Below are positions 59,729 through 64,000 of a DNA stretch of 64,000 nt, piece by piece. Under the pieces are notes generated by a model. The model saw only the letters and a program-made list of their open reading frames with translations, did not search any database and was not told where the DNA came from. Position 1 is the stretch's first letter. Every line of letters starts with the position of its first letter. Both the position numbers and the translations under genes were made by a program. This stretch comes from Centroscyllium fabricii (lineage: Eukaryota), in assembly GCA_051313645.2 (NCBI GenBank), contig JBNRSN020000024.1, forward strand, positions 83,080,001 through 83,144,000, given 5' to 3'.

Positions 59729-62700
59729 GGGGAACGGTAGCATAGTGGTAATGTCACTGCTAGCAATCCAGAGGCCTGGACTAATGATCCAGAGACGCAA
59801 GTTCAAATCCCACAACGGCAGCCGGGGAATTTAAATTCAGTGAATTAAATAAATCTGGAATAAAAAGATAGTATCAGTACTGGGGACCCTGAAACTATTG
59901 GATTTGTCGTAAAAACCCATCTGGTTCACTAATATCCTTCAGCAATGTGGTTGACTCTTAACTGCCCTTTGAAATGGCATAGCAAGTCACTCAGTTGTAA
60001 CCAACTGCTACGAAACAAAATAAGAAGAATGAAACTGGACGGACACGGCAACGGCACACCCAGCCCAGTCGACCCTGCAGAGTCCTCCTCACCAACATTT
60101 GAGGACTTGTACCAAAATTGGGAGAGCTGCCCCACAGACGAGTCAAGCAACAGCCTGACATAGTCATACTCACAGAATCACACCTTTCAGCCAATGTCCC
60201 AAACTCCTCCATCACCATCCCATGGTATGTTCGGTCCCACCGGCAGGATAGAACCACCAGGGGTGGCGGCACAGCGGTATCCTGCGTGGGAGTGGCCCTG
60301 GGACATTGACTCCAGACCCCATGAAGTCTCATGGCTTCAGGTCGAGCATGGGCAAGGAAACCTTCTGCTGATTACCACCTACCGCCCTCCCTCAGCTGAT
60401 GAAATAGTACTCCTCCATGTTGAACACCAATTGGAAGAAGCACTGAGAGTAACAAGGGCATAGAATGTACTCTGGGTGGGGGACTTCAACATCCATCACC
60501 AAGAGTGGTTCAGTAGCACCATTACTGGCCGCGTCCTGAAGGACATAACTGCCAGTCTGGGTCTGCAACAGGTGGTGAGTGAACCAACACAATGGGAAAA
60601 ACCTACTTGACCTCGTCCTCATCAATCTACCTGTCGCAGATGCATCTGTCCATGACAGCATTGGCAGCAGTGACCACCGCACAGTCATCGTGGAGACGAA
60701 GTCCCGTCTGCACACCGAGGACACCCTCCATCGTGTTGTGTGGCACTACCAACGTGCTAAATGGGATAGATTCAGAACGAATCTAGCAGCTCAAAACTGG
60801 GCATCTGTGAGGCGCTATGGGCCATCAGCAGCAGTAGAATTGTATTCCACCACAATCTGTAACCTCATGGCCCAGCGTATACCTCACTTTACCATTACCA
60901 TCAAGCCAGGAGACCAACCTGGGGAAGCTGCAACACAGGACTACATGCATGCTAAAAAGCAAAAGCAGCATGCTATAGACAGAGCTAAGTGATCCCACAA
61001 TCAACGGATCAGATCAAAGCTCTGCAGTCCTCCCACATCCAGTCATGAATGGTGGTGGACCATCAAACAACTAATGAGAGGAGGAGGCGCCATGAATATC
61101 CCCATCCTCAATGATGGTGGAGACCAGCACGTGAGCGGCACGGTGGGCGGAACGGTGGCACAGTGGTTAGCACTGTTGTCTCACAGCACTGGAGACCCGG
61201 GTTCAAATCCAGCCTCGGGTACTATGTGTGTGGAGTTTGCACATTCTCCCCGTGTCTGCGTGGGTTTCCTCCGGGTGCTCCGGTTTCCTCCCACAGTCCA
61301 AAGATGTGCGGGTTAGGTTGATTGGCCATGATAAATTGACCCTTAGTGTTAGGGGGATTGAATATTTGGGGTTACGGGGATAGGGTGGGATATGTCTTGA
61401 TGCAGGCTCGATAGGGATCGAGGGATATAGGGAGAGGGCAGGGGCGGGGTGCTGGATTTGGATGATCAGCCATGATCTCATTGAATGGCGGAGCAGGCTC
61501 AAAGGGCCGAATGGCCTACTCCTGTTCCTTGTTTCTATGTGAGTGCAAAAGACAAGGCTGATGCGTTTACAACCAACTGCAGCCAGAAGTGCCGAGTGGA
61601 TGACCCATATCGGCCTACTCCTGAGGTCCCTACCATCACAGAAGCTATTCTTCAGCCAATTTGATTCACTCTACGTGGTATATCAAGAAACGGCTGAGCG
61701 CACTGGATACAGAAAAAGCTGTGGGTCCTGACAACATCTCGGCTATCGCACTGAAGACTTGTGCTCCAGAACTAGCCGTGCCTCTAGCCAAGCTGTTCCA
61801 GTACAGCTACAACACTGGCATCTCCGACAATATGGATAACTGCCCAGGTATGCCCTGTCCACAAAAAGCAGGACAATTCCAACCCGGCCAATTACCGCCC
61901 CATCAGTCTACTTTCAATCATCAGCAAAGTGATGGAAGGGGCCATCAAGAATGCTATCAAGCGGCACTTACTCACTGATGCCCAGTTTGGGTTCCGCCAA
62001 GACCACTCGGCTCCCGACCTCATTACAGCCTTGGTCCAAACATGGACAAAGGAGCTGAATCCCAGAGGGGGGGTGAGAGTGACTGCCCTTGACATCAAGG
62101 CAGCATTTGACCGAGTGTGGCATCAAGGAGCCCGAGTAAAACGGAAGTCAATGGGAATCGGGGAAAGCGCTCCACTGGCTGAAGTCATACCTAGCACAAA
62201 GAAAGATAGTTGTGGTGGTTGAAGGTCAATCGTCACTGCAGGAGTTCCGCAGGGCAGTGTCTCAGGCCCAACCATCTTCAGCTGCTTCATCAATTACCTT
62301 CCCTCCAACATAAGGTCAGAAATGGGGATGTTTACTGATGACTGCACAGTGTTCAGCGCCATTCGCAACTCCTCAGATAATGAAGCAGTCCATGCCCGCA
62401 TGCAACAAGAGCTGAACAACGTTCAGGCTTAGGTTGATAAGTGCCAGGTAACATTCGCGCCACAGAAGTGCCAGGCAAAGACTGTCTCCAACAAGCGAGA
62501 GTCTAACCACTTCCCCATGACATTCAACGGCATTACCATCGCCGAATCCCCCACTATCAACATCCTGGAGGGAGTCACCATTAACCAGAAATTTAACTGG
62601 ACCAGCCACATAAATACTGTGGCAACAAGAGCAGGTCAGAGGCTGGGTGTTCTGCGGCGAGTGTCTCACCTCCTGACTCCCCAAAGCCTTTCCACCATCT

Positions 62701-63230
62701 ACAAGGCACAAGTCAGGAGTGTGATGGAATACTCTCCACTGGCCTGGATGAGTGCAACTCCAACAACACTCAAGAAGCTCGACACCATCCAGGACAAAGC
62801 AGCCCACTTGATTGGCACCCCATCCACCACCTTAAACATTCACTCCCTCCACCACCAGCGCACCGTGGCTGCAGTGTGTGCCATCTACAAGTTGCACTGC
62901 AGCAACTCACCAAGGCTTCTTCGGCAGAACCTCCCAAACCCACGACCTCTACCACCTAGAAGGACAAGGGCAGCAGGCGCATGAGAACACTGCCATCTCC
63001 AAGTTACACACCATCCTGACTTAGAAGTATATCGCCGATCCTTCATTGTTGCTGGATCAAAATCCTGGAACTCCCTCCCTAACAGCACTGTGGGAGTACC
63101 ATCACCACACGGACTGCAGCGGTTCAAGAAGGCGGCTCACCACCACCTTTTCAAGGGCAACTAGGGATGGGCAATAAATGCTGGCATTGCCAGCGACGCC
63201 CTGATCCCATAAACCAATTATAAAAAAAAA
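59729..63230 (+). mobile_element. Near-full-length, decayed single-ORF LINE (APE + RT; CR1/L2-group, Zenon-like) with a tRNA-like 5' head
   Basis: A/B boxes at 59737-59812. APE motifs PDIVILTESHL, TTYRPPS, GDFN, LDLVLIN and SDH. RT motifs KAVGPDNI, YRPISLL, QFGFR, LDIKAAFDRVWH, GVPQGS and FTDD. Tail and poly(A); frameshifts and stops present. Confidence 0.88.
61136..61538 (+). mobile_element. HE1-like V-SINE nested in the LINE
   Basis: 5-bp duplication gtgag (61131-61135 and 61539-61543); the LINE resumes colinearly. Confidence 0.88.
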
Positions 63231-63329
63231 GAGCCTGGTACCTACCTGATCTGTATGGCTTACTGCCATAGAGCAGGAGATTTCCCCCTCAGTCTATCAT
63301 AGGAGTTAGACAACAGTATGTGTATGTGA

Positions 63330-63680
63330 CAGCTAGGTAGAGTGCGGTGGGTAATGCTCTACCTCGGAGTCTTAAAACGTTAAACTGAGGTCCTAGCCAC
63401 CTGTTCCGAAGGTTCAACTGAACATTAAGGATCCCATGGTACTATTCTAAGCACATTTAGGTTTCCTGGCAAACATTGCTCCCCCAAATAACATTGTCAA
63501 AAATAGATTAACTGGTCATTCATCTCATTCCTGTATGGGGGATCTTGCTGTGCATAAAATGGTTGCCACATTTGCATACATAGCAACAAATGCACTTCAA
63601 AATAACTCATTGTATGTGATGAACTTTGGGATGTTTCTGCAAGATGTGATGAGGCCTGTGTAAATGCAAGTTCTTTCTAC
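63330..63680 (+). mobile_element. Degenerate Deu-domain SINE
   Basis: gatcttgctgtgcataaaatggttgcc...taaatgcaagttcttt. Confidence 0.6.
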
Positions 63681-63851
63681 TTTAGCTGAAAGACAAGGGA
63701 GAGCGCAGAGGGTCAGAGGATGAAAGTCTCAAGTCAAGTACACAAAGATTTGTGATTCAAATTGGTCAAGAATTGAAAAGTTTACAGGCGCCGAGAGTGT
63801 TCCCCTATATACAAATGCAACGGTAAAGGTGTGAGCAAGATGGGGACTCAC

Positions 63852-63920
63852 CTGTTCCGTGAATATCTCCTGTGTGAAGATGGTTTTCATCCTGTTCAGT
63901 GAGCTTGGTTTAATTGCAAT
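63852..63920 (-). CDS. INTS2: INTS2 coding exon (most 5' in window; gene continues beyond the end)
   Basis: cttag|ATT ... CAG|gtgagt; IAIKPSSLNRMKTIFTQEIFTEQ. Confidence 0.93.
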
Positions 63921-64000
63921 CTAAGCCAGAAATTATAACGCTGTTAGTTTGTTTTTTTTCAACAGGGAAGACCAGTACGGCCTCAATACAGTCCCCTGCA

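Noticed and set aside
59729-63230. Currently active autonomous retroelement
   Set aside because: Multiple frameshifts, stops, internal deletions and a nested SINE.

Overview
Eukaryotic genomic DNA, very likely from a cartilaginous fish (shark-type V-SINE/HE1, Deu-SINE and CR1 repeats). It is not prokaryotic, and most ORFs in the track are repeat-derived or spurious. Two spliced genes converge tail-to-tail. On + are the last 9 coding exons of MED13 (1670-19589, stop TAG), followed by a long AT-rich 3' UTR. On - are the last 14 coding exons of INTS2 (63920-29539, stop TAG). All junctions are GT-AG and phase-compatible. Introns and the intergenic gap are dense with retroposons and non-autonomous DNA transposons, many of them nested. 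The most notable observations are: (i) a near-full-length single-ORF LINE with a tRNA-like Pol III head, plus two short elements sharing its head and tail; (ii) two families of Penelope-type fragments carrying minimal hammerhead ribozyme cores; (iii) Tigger-like MITEs with amplified NRF1/YY1-like motif arrays; (iv) a miR-208-family seed site in the MED13 3' UTR; (v) a solo LTR whose 5' junction was amplified into a higher-order minisatellite. Gene and repeat-family names rest on remembered sequences, not database searches. Repeat boundaries without a stated TIR or TSD are approximate.
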